A stretch of 64,000 nt of DNA from Alphaproteobacteria bacterium (GTDB taxonomy: Bacteria; Pseudomonadota; Alphaproteobacteria; CALKHQ01), in assembly GCA_965227515.1 (NCBI GenBank), contig CBDDFZ010000001.1:256001-320000 (forward strand), written 5' to 3'. The stretch's first letter is position 1; every line of letters starts with the position of its first letter. Below, one piece after another: positions 20,735-30,062 of this stretch. Made by a program: the position numbers and the translations under genes. Under the pieces are notes generated by a model. It was not told the origin of the DNA. It did no database searches and saw only the letters and a list, made by a program, of their open reading frames with translations.

Positions 20735-21784
20735 ATGAGCGAGACGCCGACCCCGCCGCGCCGCGCCACCATCAAGGATATCGCGCGGGCGACCGGCTAT
20801 TCGCGCGCCACGGTCGACCGTGCGCTGAACGGGCGCGGGCGCGTGCATCCGCGCACCGAGCAGCTGATCCAGGCCGCCCGGGAGAGCCTGGTCGAGAACC
20901 CGGTCGCGCCGTTCGACGTCGGCGTGCTGGCGGGATCGCCAATGGCGGCGGAGCGGCCGGTCGAGCTGCTGTTCCAGGTCGGCCGCGGCATGACCGACCA
21001 GTTGCGCGGCGTGTGCGCGGCATCGGACCGTCCCATCGACGTGTTCGACTTCTACCAGCGCGACAACGAGGCCGTGTCCAAGGCGCTGGAGCGGCTGTGT
21101 GCCGACACCGCCCATCCGCTGGTCGCCATCGTCAAGAACGAGGCCCGCAATGCACGGATCATGGCAGCGGCCCGGCAACGCGGAAAACGCATCGTCACCA
21201 TGGTGTCGGACGTCGACGCCCACGCGCGCGACGCCTTTGTCGGCATCGACGACCGCATGGCCGGGCGCACCGCCGCCTTCCTGATCGGCAATCTGCTGCG
21301 CGGCCAGGATGCGCGGGTCGGCGCGGTGCTGGGCAGTTCCAGCTTCCGCTGCCAGGAGGACCGCGAGATCGGCTTCCGCACCCACCTGCGCGGCGCCTTT
21401 CCCAACCTCACGGTCTGCGACGCGGTGCAGGGCGACGACTCCCCGGACAAGACGTTCCAGGCCGTGCGCGACCTGTTGCGCACCGAGCCGGACCTGGCCG
21501 CGATCTACAACGGCGCCGGCGGCAATGTCGGCCTGGCGGAAGCGGTCCGCGAGGCCGGCCGGGCCGGCGACATCTTCGTCATCGCCCACGAGACCAACGA
21601 CACCACCGTCCCGCTTGCCGAGGACGGCCTGATCCATTTCCTGATCGGGCAGGACACCGGCACGATGCTGGCGCGCGCGCTGGATCTGGCCGCGGCGCCC
21701 GAGATTCAGGCGGACGATGTGGTCAGCCTTGTGGACTTTTTCGTCTTTACGCAGTTCAACATCGGATCGGCTGCAATCGCCTGA
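20735..21784 (+). CDS. LacI family transcriptional regulator
   Basis: ATIKDIARATGYSRATVDRALNGR HTH; periplasmic-binding-fold C-terminus. Confidence 0.9.
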   Translation: MSETPTPPRRATIKDIARATGYSRATVDRALNGRGRVHPRTEQLIQAARESLVENPVAPFDVGVLAGSPMAAERPVELLFQVGRGMTDQLRGVCAASDRPIDVFDFYQRDNEAVSKALERLCADTAHPLVAIVKNEARNARIMAAARQRGKRIVTMVSDVDAHARDAFVGIDDRMAGRTAAFLIGNLLRGQDARVGAVLGSSSFRCQEDREIGFRTHLRGAFPNLTVCDAVQGDDSPDKTFQAVRDLLRTEPDLAAIYNGAGGNVGLAEAVREAGRAGDIFVIAHETNDTTVPLAEDGLIHFLIGQDTGTMLARALDLAAAPEIQADDVVSLVDFFVFTQFNIGSAAIA

Positions 21785-21832
21785 GGCCAACCGGGCGACG
21801 GATGCGGCCGCGTGCACGGAGGAATGCGCACC

Positions 21833-22858
21833 ATGACCGACACCGCAATTGGCGAGCGTGACAAGCTGGGCAAACGCGACAAGCGGGGTGACTGGCGCCC
21901 GCCCTATCTGTTGAAGCTGCCGGCGCTGTTCGCCTGGCCGCCGAAGCCGCTGGGCGTGCTGAAATGGATTTTCGGGTTCCCGGGCTATCTGTGGCCGTGG
22001 AACGCGCTCTACCTCGGCATCGCGGTGCTGACCTGGTTCTTCCTGACGCCCTCGCTGGCGTCGATGCAGAGCCTGGAGATCGGCTGGATCGCCATCATTC
22101 TCGGCCGCAACCTTGCGCTGACCGTGGTGTTCTACGGCGCGTGGCACGTCTGGTTCTACATGATCAAGGGCCAGGGAACCGACTTCAAGTACACGACCAA
22201 GCCGTTCGCCACCAACAACGACACCTTCCTGTTCAAGAACCAGGTCAAGGACAATATGTTCTGGTCGCTGGTCTCAGGCGTGCCGATCTGGACCGCCTAT
22301 GAGGTCGTGACCCTGTGGTTCTACGCCAACGAGTGGATCCCCTACATCAACTGGGAGACCAACCCGGTCTGGTTCGTGGCGCTGCTGCTGCTGATCCCGG
22401 CGATCCGCGAGGTCCATTTCTACTGGGTCCACCGGCTGATCCACTGGAAGCCGCTGTACGACAGCGTGCATCACCTGCACCACCGCAACGTCAATATCGG
22501 GCCGTGGACGGGCATCTCGATGCACCCGGTCGAGCACCTGCTCTATTTCTCCGGCGCGATCGTGCACTGGGTCCTCGCCTCGCATCCGATCCACGTGCTG
22601 TTCCATCTGCAGCATGCCGGCCTGTCGCCGGCCCAGGGGCATGTGGGCTTCGACCGCGTGGTGGTGGCCGGCAAGGGCGTGACCATCGGCAACTACTTCC
22701 ACTACCTCCACCACAAGTATTTCGAGTGCAACTATTCCGGCGACGGCCTGCCCGTGTTCGACAAGATCTTCGGGACGTTCCATGACGGGTCGGACGAGGC
22801 GCAGGAGCGCATGAATGCGCGCTTCATGAAACGCGCCCAGGCGTCCGCCGCCGAATAG
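21833..22858 (+). CDS. Sterol desaturase/fatty acid hydroxylase family membrane di-iron enzyme
   Basis: His boxes HFYWVHRLIH, HHLHH, HPVE, HYLHH; several TM segments. Confidence 0.88.
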   Translation: MTDTAIGERDKLGKRDKRGDWRPPYLLKLPALFAWPPKPLGVLKWIFGFPGYLWPWNALYLGIAVLTWFFLTPSLASMQSLEIGWIAIILGRNLALTVVFYGAWHVWFYMIKGQGTDFKYTTKPFATNNDTFLFKNQVKDNMFWSLVSGVPIWTAYEVVTLWFYANEWIPYINWETNPVWFVALLLLIPAIREVHFYWVHRLIHWKPLYDSVHHLHHRNVNIGPWTGISMHPVEHLLYFSGAIVHWVLASHPIHVLFHLQHAGLSPAQGHVGFDRVVVAGKGVTIGNYFHYLHHKYFECNYSGDGLPVFDKIFGTFHDGSDEAQERMNARFMKRAQASAAE

Positions 22859-22896
22859 CCCGCGCGACACACCAGACTGCAAACACGGAGACCTGA

Positions 22897-23211
22897 ATGA
22901 GTAACTGGATCGAGGCCTGCGGCGTGGATGACGTCGAGGAGGAAGACGTCATCCGTTTCGACCACGGCGACCGCACCTTCGCCATCTACCGCAGCCCCGA
23001 CGATGCGTTCTATGCGACCGACGGCCTGTGCACCCACGAGAAGGTGCACCTGGCCGACGGCTTCGTGATGGACAACACCATCGAATGCCCGAAGCACAAT
23101 GGGCGCTTCGACTACACCACCGGTGCCGCGAAGGGTGCGCCCGTGTGCGTGGCGCTGAAGACCTATCCGACCAAGGTGGAAGACGACCGCGTGTTCGTCG
23201 ATATCGGTTAG
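22897..23211 (+). CDS. mocE: Rieske [2Fe-2S] ferredoxin, MocE family
   Basis: ATDGLCTHE...IECPKHNGRFD. Confidence 0.85.
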   Translation: MSNWIEACGVDDVEEEDVIRFDHGDRTFAIYRSPDDAFYATDGLCTHEKVHLADGFVMDNTIECPKHNGRFDYTTGAAKGAPVCVALKTYPTKVEDDRVFVDIG

Positions 23212-23215
23212 TCCG

Positions 23216-24409
23216 GTGGCGGATGTCGTCATTGTCGGGGCGGGCGAATGCGGGGTGCGCTGCGCCTTCGCCCTGCGCGAGGCCGGCTTTGACGGCTCGG
23301 TCACCCTGATCGGCGACGAACCGCATCTGCCATACGAACGCCCGCCGCTGTCGAAGGAAGTGCCGGTGGCGGCGAAGACCATCGCCACCGAAGAGGCCTA
23401 TACAGAGGCGAACATCGACCTTCGTCGCGGCACGCGGGTGACCGAGATCGACCGCGCGGCCAAGTCGGTGCGGCTTTCCGATGGCGGCGATGTCACCTAC
23501 GACACGCTGGTGCTGGCCACCGGGGCACGGGCGCGGGTGCTGCCGGGCCTGGAAGACGCGCTCACCCTGCGCACGCTTGACGATGCCGAGGCCATTCTGG
23601 CCCGTCTGTCGCCAGGCAGCCGGCTTGCCATCGTCGGTGGCGGCTTCATTGGGCTCGAACTGGCCGCCACTGCGCGAGGTCTCGGCGCCGAGGTCACGGT
23701 GGTGGAGGCCGCCGACCGGCTGATGGCCCGGATCGTCCCCAGCGACATCGCACTGGCGGCCGAGACGCGCCACCGCGAGGCGGGCGTCGAGTTGCTGCTT
23801 GACGCCAAGGTCGACCGTGTCGGCGACGGCGAACTTCACCTGACCGATGGCCGCGCGGTGCAGGCCGATGTGCTGGTCGCCGGTGTCGGCTCGGTGCCGG
23901 AGACCGCGCTCGCCGAGGCCGCCGGCCTGGCGGTCGACCCCAACATTGGCGGCATCGTGGTCGACCACTGCTTCCGGACCGAGGACCCGGCCATCTTCGC
24001 GGCCGGCGACTGCTGCAATTTCCCGTGGGGCGGCGGGCGCGTTCGACTGGAAAGCTGGCGCGCGGCGCAGGACCAGGCCAACCACGTCGCCAACGCCATC
24101 ATGGGCCGGGACGACGCCTATGCCCGCGTGCCGTGGTTCTGGTCCGACCAGCACGACCAGACATTGCAGGTCGCTGGCCTGCCCGACCCGTTCGTGCAGT
24201 GCATCCGCCGCGACATCGGCGACGGCGCCTTCATCCTGTTCCAGCTCGATGCCGATGGCGGCATATTGTCGGCCAGCGGTATCGGCACCGGCAACGCGGT
24301 CGCCAGGGACATAAGGGCGGCGGAGAAGATGATCGAAGCGGGGATCAAGCCCGACCCGGCCGCCCTGGCCGACCCGAACAGCAATCTGAAGCGCCTGCTG
24401 AGGGGTTAG
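23216..24409 (+). CDS. Ferredoxin-NAD(P)H reductase (MocF-like)
   Basis: GAGECG, PYERPPLSKE, LATGA, GGGFIGLE, RLESW, VPWFWSDQ. Confidence 0.9.
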   Translation: MADVVIVGAGECGVRCAFALREAGFDGSVTLIGDEPHLPYERPPLSKEVPVAAKTIATEEAYTEANIDLRRGTRVTEIDRAAKSVRLSDGGDVTYDTLVLATGARARVLPGLEDALTLRTLDDAEAILARLSPGSRLAIVGGGFIGLELAATARGLGAEVTVVEAADRLMARIVPSDIALAAETRHREAGVELLLDAKVDRVGDGELHLTDGRAVQADVLVAGVGSVPETALAEAAGLAVDPNIGGIVVDHCFRTEDPAIFAAGDCCNFPWGGGRVRLESWRAAQDQANHVANAIMGRDDAYARVPWFWSDQHDQTLQVAGLPDPFVQCIRRDIGDGAFILFQLDADGGILSASGIGTGNAVARDIRAAEKMIEAGIKPDPAALADPNSNLKRLLRG

Positions 24410-24484
24410 TTTGCCTCGTTCGTGCCATGGTAGCGTGATCACATGGCACTGGTTTCGGGAAACTGCGGGATCTGGGGAAGCCAA

Positions 24485-25363
24485 ATGAGCCGCGTGCGCA
24501 CTGAGCGCCCACGCATCGCGACATGCATCACGTTGGCCGTAGCGGCCCTGATGTCGCTGCCAGGGACTCTGCTTGGGCAAGACACCGACACGCTCGCCGC
24601 GACCGCTTCCGGTCCGCTGACCTTCGTCGGGCAAGGCGACGATGAGGTTACTGTGCATGCGCCCGGGCCATTGGTGTTCACCGGCCAGGACCTGGGGCCG
24701 TTGACGGTGAAGGTGCAGGACACGCTGGTCTTCGCCGGCCAGGGTGTGGACACCGAATTGTTCGTCGGCCGCAATGCGCTGACATTCATCGGCCAGGGCG
24801 AGGACACACTGGCACTGTTCGTGCCCGAATCACTGGTATTTGCCGGGCAGGATTGCCTGAGCCCGCACGCCGAGCCATTGGTGGTGGCCACCGCCCTCGA
24901 CGCCGGCCCGCAGGGCTGGTCGGTATTCGGCGACGCGCACGGCATGACGGTCGACGGTGGCGGGTTGCGGGTGATCGACGACGCCACTGGCGAGGTCTGG
25001 TACTGGAACGCGCCCGCCAGCTATCACGGCTGCCGCGACCACTTCTACGGTGGCACGCTCAGTTTTCGGCTGAAGGTCGACCGCACCGACGAGCCCTTTG
25101 ACGACCGCGACGTCCTAATCATGGGTGCGTCCGGTGCCGCCATCTGGTTCGACACCGCGCGGAACCCTGGCGTCGAATGGACCGCCTACAGCATACCCCT
25201 GACCGCTGGCGTCGGCTGGATCGACGCAGCCACCGCTGCGCCTGCCAGTGAGGCCGTCATTCGCGCCGTGCTGTCCGATATCGAGGCATTGCGAATCCGG
25301 GGTGAATACCGCACCGGCGACGATATCGGTTGGCTGGCGGACGTGATCTTCAGGGCGCCATAG
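24485..25363 (+). CDS. Secreted protein with 18-aa LxFxGQ repeats and C-terminal laminin B (domain IV)-like domain
   Basis: Signal-like N-terminus; periodic LTFVGQ/LVFTGQ/LVFAGQ/LTFIGQ/LVFAGQ; WYWNAP..YHG....FYGGTLSF and VLSDIEALRIRGEY. Confidence 0.65.
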   Translation: MSRVRTERPRIATCITLAVAALMSLPGTLLGQDTDTLAATASGPLTFVGQGDDEVTVHAPGPLVFTGQDLGPLTVKVQDTLVFAGQGVDTELFVGRNALTFIGQGEDTLALFVPESLVFAGQDCLSPHAEPLVVATALDAGPQGWSVFGDAHGMTVDGGGLRVIDDATGEVWYWNAPASYHGCRDHFYGGTLSFRLKVDRTDEPFDDRDVLIMGASGAAIWFDTARNPGVEWTAYSIPLTAGVGWIDAATAAPASEAVIRAVLSDIEALRIRGEYRTGDDIGWLADVIFRAP

Positions 25364-25392
25364 TCCGGCAGTCGCTGCCTACGACCGCCCAT

Positions 25393-27189
25393 CTACATCT
25401 GGGCGTCGGTCAGCGCCATCACCGGGTCGGAGCCTGCCATTGCCGCGGCGCGCAGGCCGTCGGCCTGAGGCAGCACGTGGGCGGCATAGAACGCGGCGAG
25501 CGCCGTCGGGGTGTCGACCGCGCCGGTGTTGCCCTCGGGCGGCGTCACCCGCTCCTCATGCACCGCCAAGGCGCCCTTGGCCAGCAGCCAACCGCCAATG
25601 ACCATGCCGGCGAGACGCAGGTACGGTGCCGAGCCTGACAGCGCATCGACCGCGCCGGTGCCGATGGTATCGGCGACATAGTCGGTGGCCGTCTCCAGCG
25701 CCAGCACGCCGGCCGACAGCGCGTTCGCGACCGGTTGCAGCCCCCGGTGGCCGCCAAGCGCGGTCGCCGTTGCCGAAATTTCCGCGCAGAGAGCACGCAT
25801 CGCCGCCCCTTCGTCGCGGCCGATCTTGCGGCCCACCAGGTCGGCCGCCTGCACCCCATTGGTGCCCTCGTAGATCGGCAGGATGCGGGCATCGCGGTAA
25901 TGCTGGGCGGCACCGGTCTCCTCGATGAAGCCCATGCCGCCGTGCACCTGCACCGCCGTCGACGCGACCTCGCAGGCCACGTCCGTGCACCACGACTTCA
26001 CGATCGGCGTCAGCAGGTCGACGCGGTCCTGGGCGGTGGCGCGCTGTGCCTCGTCGGCGTGCCGGCTTGCCGTATCCTCGGCGGCGGCCGTCACCATGCA
26101 GAGCGCGCGGGTGGCCGCCACATGCGCCTTCATCCACATCAGCATGCGCCTGACGTCCGGGTGGTGGAGGATGGGCGCGCCCACCTTGCCGTCGCCGGCG
26201 GTGCGTCCCTGCACCCGCTCGCGCGCGTAGGCCAGGGCCTGCTGGTAGGCGCGCTCGGCGATGCCGACACCCTGCACGCCGACCGAAACCCGGGCATTGT
26301 TCATCATCGTGAACATGCCCTTCAGGCCCTCGTGCTCCTTGCCGACGATCTCGCCGACCGCGCCGCCGTCGTCGCCATAGGCCAGCACGCAGGTCGGGCT
26401 GGCGTGGATGCCCAGCTTGTGCTCCAGCGACACCGTGCGCACGTCGTTGCGCGGCCCCAGCGAGCCGTCGGCGTTGACCGCGAACTTGGGCACGATGAAC
26501 AGCGACAGGCCCCGGCTGCCGGGCGGCGCATCGGGGGTGCGCGCCAGCACCAGGTGGACGATGTTCTCGGCCAGGTCGTGATCGCCCCAGGTGATGTAGA
26601 TCTTCTGGCCGATCAGCCGGTAGCGGCCGGGCCCGAGGTCGGGCGCCGGTGTCGCCATGGTCCGCACTGCGCCCAGATCGGTGCCCGCCTGCGGCTCGGT
26701 CAGGTTCATGGTGCCGGTCCACTGCCCGCTGGCGATGCGCGGGATGTAGGTCTGCTTTTGCTCCGCCGTGCCGTGGGTTGTGAGCGCGGACATCACGCCC
26801 TGGTTCAACAGCGGGTTGAGCGCAAAGCTGAGGCAGGCGCCCTGCCACATCTCCTGCACCGCGGTCGCCAGCACCCAGGGCAGCCCCTGGCCGCCATAGT
26901 CGGGATCGAACGGCAGGCCGTTCCAGCCGCCCTCGGCAAAGGCGCGAAAGGCATCGGCGAAGCCGTCGGCCGACCGCACAACTCCGTTCTCCAGGGTCGC
27001 GCCCTGCAGGTCGCCGGTGCGGTTCAGCGGGGCGATCACTTCGCCGGCGAGCTTGCCGGCTTCGGTCAGGATCGCCTCGGCGAGATCGGGCGTCACCTCC
27101 CCCATGCCCGGCAGCGCGGTCACCTCGTCGAGGCCGGCGACGGCGCGCAGCGTGAACATGAGCTCGGCAACGGGGGCGGTGTAGGTCAT
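25393..27189 (-). CDS. Acyl-CoA dehydrogenase (DmdC-like long form)
   Basis: GTMNLTEPQAGTDL, GQKIYITWGDHD, HKLGIHASPT, QVHGGMGF, IYEGTNGVQA. Confidence 0.93.
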   Translation of the reverse strand: MTYTAPVAELMFTLRAVAGLDEVTALPGMGEVTPDLAEAILTEAGKLAGEVIAPLNRTGDLQGATLENGVVRSADGFADAFRAFAEGGWNGLPFDPDYGGQGLPWVLATAVQEMWQGACLSFALNPLLNQGVMSALTTHGTAEQKQTYIPRIASGQWTGTMNLTEPQAGTDLGAVRTMATPAPDLGPGRYRLIGQKIYITWGDHDLAENIVHLVLARTPDAPPGSRGLSLFIVPKFAVNADGSLGPRNDVRTVSLEHKLGIHASPTCVLAYGDDGGAVGEIVGKEHEGLKGMFTMMNNARVSVGVQGVGIAERAYQQALAYARERVQGRTAGDGKVGAPILHHPDVRRMLMWMKAHVAATRALCMVTAAAEDTASRHADEAQRATAQDRVDLLTPIVKSWCTDVACEVASTAVQVHGGMGFIEETGAAQHYRDARILPIYEGTNGVQAADLVGRKIGRDEGAAMRALCAEISATATALGGHRGLQPVANALSAGVLALETATDYVADTIGTGAVDALSGSAPYLRLAGMVIGGWLLAKGALAVHEERVTPPEGNTGAVDTPTALAAFYAAHVLPQADGLRAAAMAGSDPVMALTDAQM

Positions 27190-27228
27190 CGGGTCAGGCT
27201 ACCATGTGTGAGACGTTCTGACTTGCCA

Positions 27229-28200
27229 CTAGCGTGCGGCAGCGGCGCGGCGCAAGCGGTCGTTGATCGCCTCGCCCAGGCCGTCATCCGGAATGGGTGC
27301 GACGGCAATGGCGGTGAACGGTGCGCGGTCGAGCGTACGCAGCATGGCGAACAGGTTGGCCGCCGCCTCGGTGGTGTCGCCGCCGGGGCTCAGGTCCAGG
27401 TCGGCATCCACGGTGCCGCCGAAGCCCAGCAGCGCCGCGCCGGGCGGGCGGGCGGGCGCGTTCATCGCCAGCGGACGCTCGGGCGCGTAGTGGGATGCGA
27501 GCTGGCCGGGCGCGCGCGGCACATCTTCATCGCCGCCAGTTTCCGGTGTGCCAAGGGCGACACCCAGCTCGTCCTCGATGGCGGCACGGGCCAGCCCGCC
27601 GGGGCGCAGCAGCACGGGGCGGGCGTCGTCGCGCAGGTCGACGATGGTCGATTCCACGCCGACCGTGCAGGGCCCGCCGTCGACCACCATGTCGACCGCG
27701 TCGCCCAGTCCGGCGATGACGTCGGCGGCCCGCGTCGGGCTCAGCCTGCCGGAGCGGTTGGCGCTGGGCGCTGCCACCGGCAGCCCGACCTCGCGCAACA
27801 GCGCCTGCGCCACCGGATGCGCCGGCACCCGCAGCGCAACGCTGTCCAGCCCCGCAGTTGCCAGCAGCGAGATCGTGCACCCGGCGGTGCGTGGCAGGAC
27901 AAGGGTCAGGGGTCCCGGCCAGAATGCCTTTGCCAGCCGTCGCGCCAGCATGCCGGCCGCACCGAGCGCAAAGGCGGCGTCGGCGCTGGCGACATGGGCG
28001 ATCAACGGGTTGAAGCGGGGCCTGCCCTTGGCGGCGAACACCGCAGCCACCGCCCGGTCGTCGTCCGCCCGCGCACCGAGCCCATAGACCGTCTCGGTGG
28101 GAAACGCGACCAGCCCGCCGCGCCGCAATATCGCGGCCGCGCGCGCAATGACGTCGTGGTTCGCGAGGTCCGGCACGTCAGGAGTGTTTGACAGCGTCAT
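27229..28200 (-). CDS. sua5: L-threonylcarbamoyladenylate synthase (Sua5/TsaC)
   Basis: AFPTETVYGLG, KGRP.FNPLI.H, PSANRSG, PGQLASHYAP. Confidence 0.93.
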   Translation of the reverse strand: MTLSNTPDVPDLANHDVIARAAAILRRGGLVAFPTETVYGLGARADDDRAVAAVFAAKGRPRFNPLIAHVASADAAFALGAAGMLARRLAKAFWPGPLTLVLPRTAGCTISLLATAGLDSVALRVPAHPVAQALLREVGLPVAAPSANRSGRLSPTRAADVIAGLGDAVDMVVDGGPCTVGVESTIVDLRDDARPVLLRPGGLARAAIEDELGVALGTPETGGDEDVPRAPGQLASHYAPERPLAMNAPARPPGAALLGFGGTVDADLDLSPGGDTTEAAANLFAMLRTLDRAPFTAIAVAPIPDDGLGEAINDRLRRAAAAR

Positions 28201-28268
28201 CGGGCAGTCATATGTCATGTTGCAGTGCACAATTTCCACAATTCGTGGACTCGGGAAAGGGCGATACC

Positions 28269-28907
28269 ATGGCGGGCAGGGTCCTGACCATTGCGCAACA
28301 GAAGGGCGGCGCCGGCAAATCCACGCTGGCGGTCAACCTGGCGGTGGCCTGGGCGCGCGCCGGGCACACGACCGCGCTCGTGGACATCGATCCGCAGGGC
28401 TCAACCGCGCGCTGGGCCGAGGTGCGCGCCACCGACCCGGCCTTGGAAGACAGCGGTCTGTCGGCCACCGTCATCACCGGCTGGCGCACCACCAATCAGG
28501 TGAAACGGCTGGCGGACGAGAACGACGTGGTCGTCATCGACAGCCCGCCCCATGCCGAGACCGACGCCAAGCTCGCGATCCGCGCCGCCGACACCGTGGT
28601 GGTGCCGATGCAGCCGGGGCCAGCCGACCTGTGGGCGACCGCGCCGACGCTGGACATCGCCACCGCCGAGAAGCGGCCCTGCCTGATCGTGCTCAACCGG
28701 GTGCCGCCGCGCGGCAAGCTGGTGGAGCGCATCGTCGCCGAGGTCGAGGCGATGGACCGCGCCAATCTGGGCGTGGCGGCCGCGCGCATCGGCAATCGGA
28801 TCGCCTTCGCATCGGCCTTCGCGGAGGGCAAGGGCGTGCTGGAGAGCGAACCGCGCGGGCAGGCGGCGGCGGAGATCAAGGCGCTGGCCGACGAATTGCT
28901 GGGCTGA
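28269..28907 (+). CDS. Short ParA-family ATPase (orphan)
   Basis: QQKGGAGKST deviant Walker A, DIDPQGS, IDSPP; no parB adjacent. Confidence 0.85.
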   Translation: MAGRVLTIAQQKGGAGKSTLAVNLAVAWARAGHTTALVDIDPQGSTARWAEVRATDPALEDSGLSATVITGWRTTNQVKRLADENDVVVIDSPPHAETDAKLAIRAADTVVVPMQPGPADLWATAPTLDIATAEKRPCLIVLNRVPPRGKLVERIVAEVEAMDRANLGVAAARIGNRIAFASAFAEGKGVLESEPRGQAAAEIKALADELLG

Positions 28908-28940
28908 GGGTCGACGATCCATGTCGGCACCGGCCGAACG

Positions 28941-28966
28941 AAAACGCCGGCCCTGAGGCCGGCGTC
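28941..28966 (-). terminator. Intrinsic terminator of the DUF4167 gene
   Basis: Minus strand GACGCCGGCC-TCAG-GGCCGGCGTTTT. Confidence 0.65.
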
Positions 28967-28996
28967 TCAAACCGCTAAATCAATCTGTCTGCGCCG

Positions 28997-29755
28997 TCAG
29001 ACCAGCACCGGGTCGTCATCGCCATCCGACGAGCCCTCGCCAACCGACGTGTCGCCCACCGACAAGGACGGCTGGCGCTCGTCCTCGCTGGCCGAGGCCG
29101 GGGGCCGGCGTCGAGTGCGCCGACGGCGCGGCTGCGACTGGGCGTCGTCGTCCCGCGAACCCTCGTCCCGTGAGCCGTCGCCATCATTCGTATCGCCGGC
29201 ATTGGCGTTCGTGCTGGCGTTGTCGGAAGCCGCCGACGCGCCCTCATCCTGGTCGCCGTCCGCCTGTGCGGGAGGCCGGCGGCCATTGGACCGGCGCGTG
29301 CGCTTTTCGCCGCGCGGATCGTTCCCCGACACCTCTTCCTGCCGGAACTGACCACCGTTCTGGCCGCCTTGCTGAGGATCGGGCATCTGCGGCTGTTCCG
29401 CCTGCAATGCATCATCGCGGTCATGGCCGTTGACCGCCGCGCCGTTGTTGTTGTGATTGCCCGCCGCAGCACCATTGGCCTGGTTCGCCTGATTGGCCGA
29501 CGCAGGGTCCGTCGTCGCGTTGATCACGCGATAATAATGCTCGGCGTGCTGGAAGTAATTCTCGGCCATCACACGGTCGCCCGACGAACTGGCGTCGCGC
29601 GCCAGCGTCAGGTACTTCTCGTGCACCTGGTAGGCGTTGCCGCGTATACGAACGTTCGGCCCATTGCTGTCGAACGTCTGGTTGCGATTGTTGGTGGGCT
29701 TGCGCCCTGCGTTGCCACGGTTCCGCGGCCGCTTGTGGTTTGAGTTTTGCCTCAT
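28997..29755 (-). CDS. DUF4167 domain protein
   Basis: FDSNGPNVRIRGNA..V.EKY..LARDA.SSGDRVMAENYFQHAEHYYR plus disordered tail; usual position after prmC. Confidence 0.9.
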   Translation of the reverse strand: MRQNSNHKRPRNRGNAGRKPTNNRNQTFDSNGPNVRIRGNAYQVHEKYLTLARDASSSGDRVMAENYFQHAEHYYRVINATTDPASANQANQANGAAAGNHNNNGAAVNGHDRDDALQAEQPQMPDPQQGGQNGGQFRQEEVSGNDPRGEKRTRRSNGRRPPAQADGDQDEGASAASDNASTNANAGDTNDGDGSRDEGSRDDDAQSQPRRRRTRRRPPASASEDERQPSLSVGDTSVGEGSSDGDDDPVLV

Positions 29756-30062
29756 CACACCGTCTGCAATCCCGACACCCGCACCAATCGGTCCCATCCA
29801 CGTTCGAACCGAAGCGTTCAAGGTTCAGGTGCGCCGGCTTTGCCGGTCTTCCCCGAACAGCGGGCCGATTGTCCTGCCGCACCGATAAACGGTTGCGGAT
29901 TTCCCCAACTCCGGCATCGCCAAGCCGGGCCCTGGTGGCCAATTTGCCACAGCGGACCCTCCGATCCTCGACACCTCAGCGCCCGAAGACCCAAGCGGCT
30001 ATCCGGCCTGCACCGAAGGTATTCGTAGCAAATTGCCGTCTTCGGTTCCAAACCAAATGAGG

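Noticed and set aside
25735-28191. Very long alternative-frame ORFs (818 aa here; also 54124-56334, 59860-62259, 51966-53687)
   Set aside because: Antisense shadows of well-supported genes, expected in high-GC DNA; no motifs.
28269-28907. ParA as a sign of a plasmid or integrated element
   Set aside because: No parB, rep or integrase; it is embedded among housekeeping genes.
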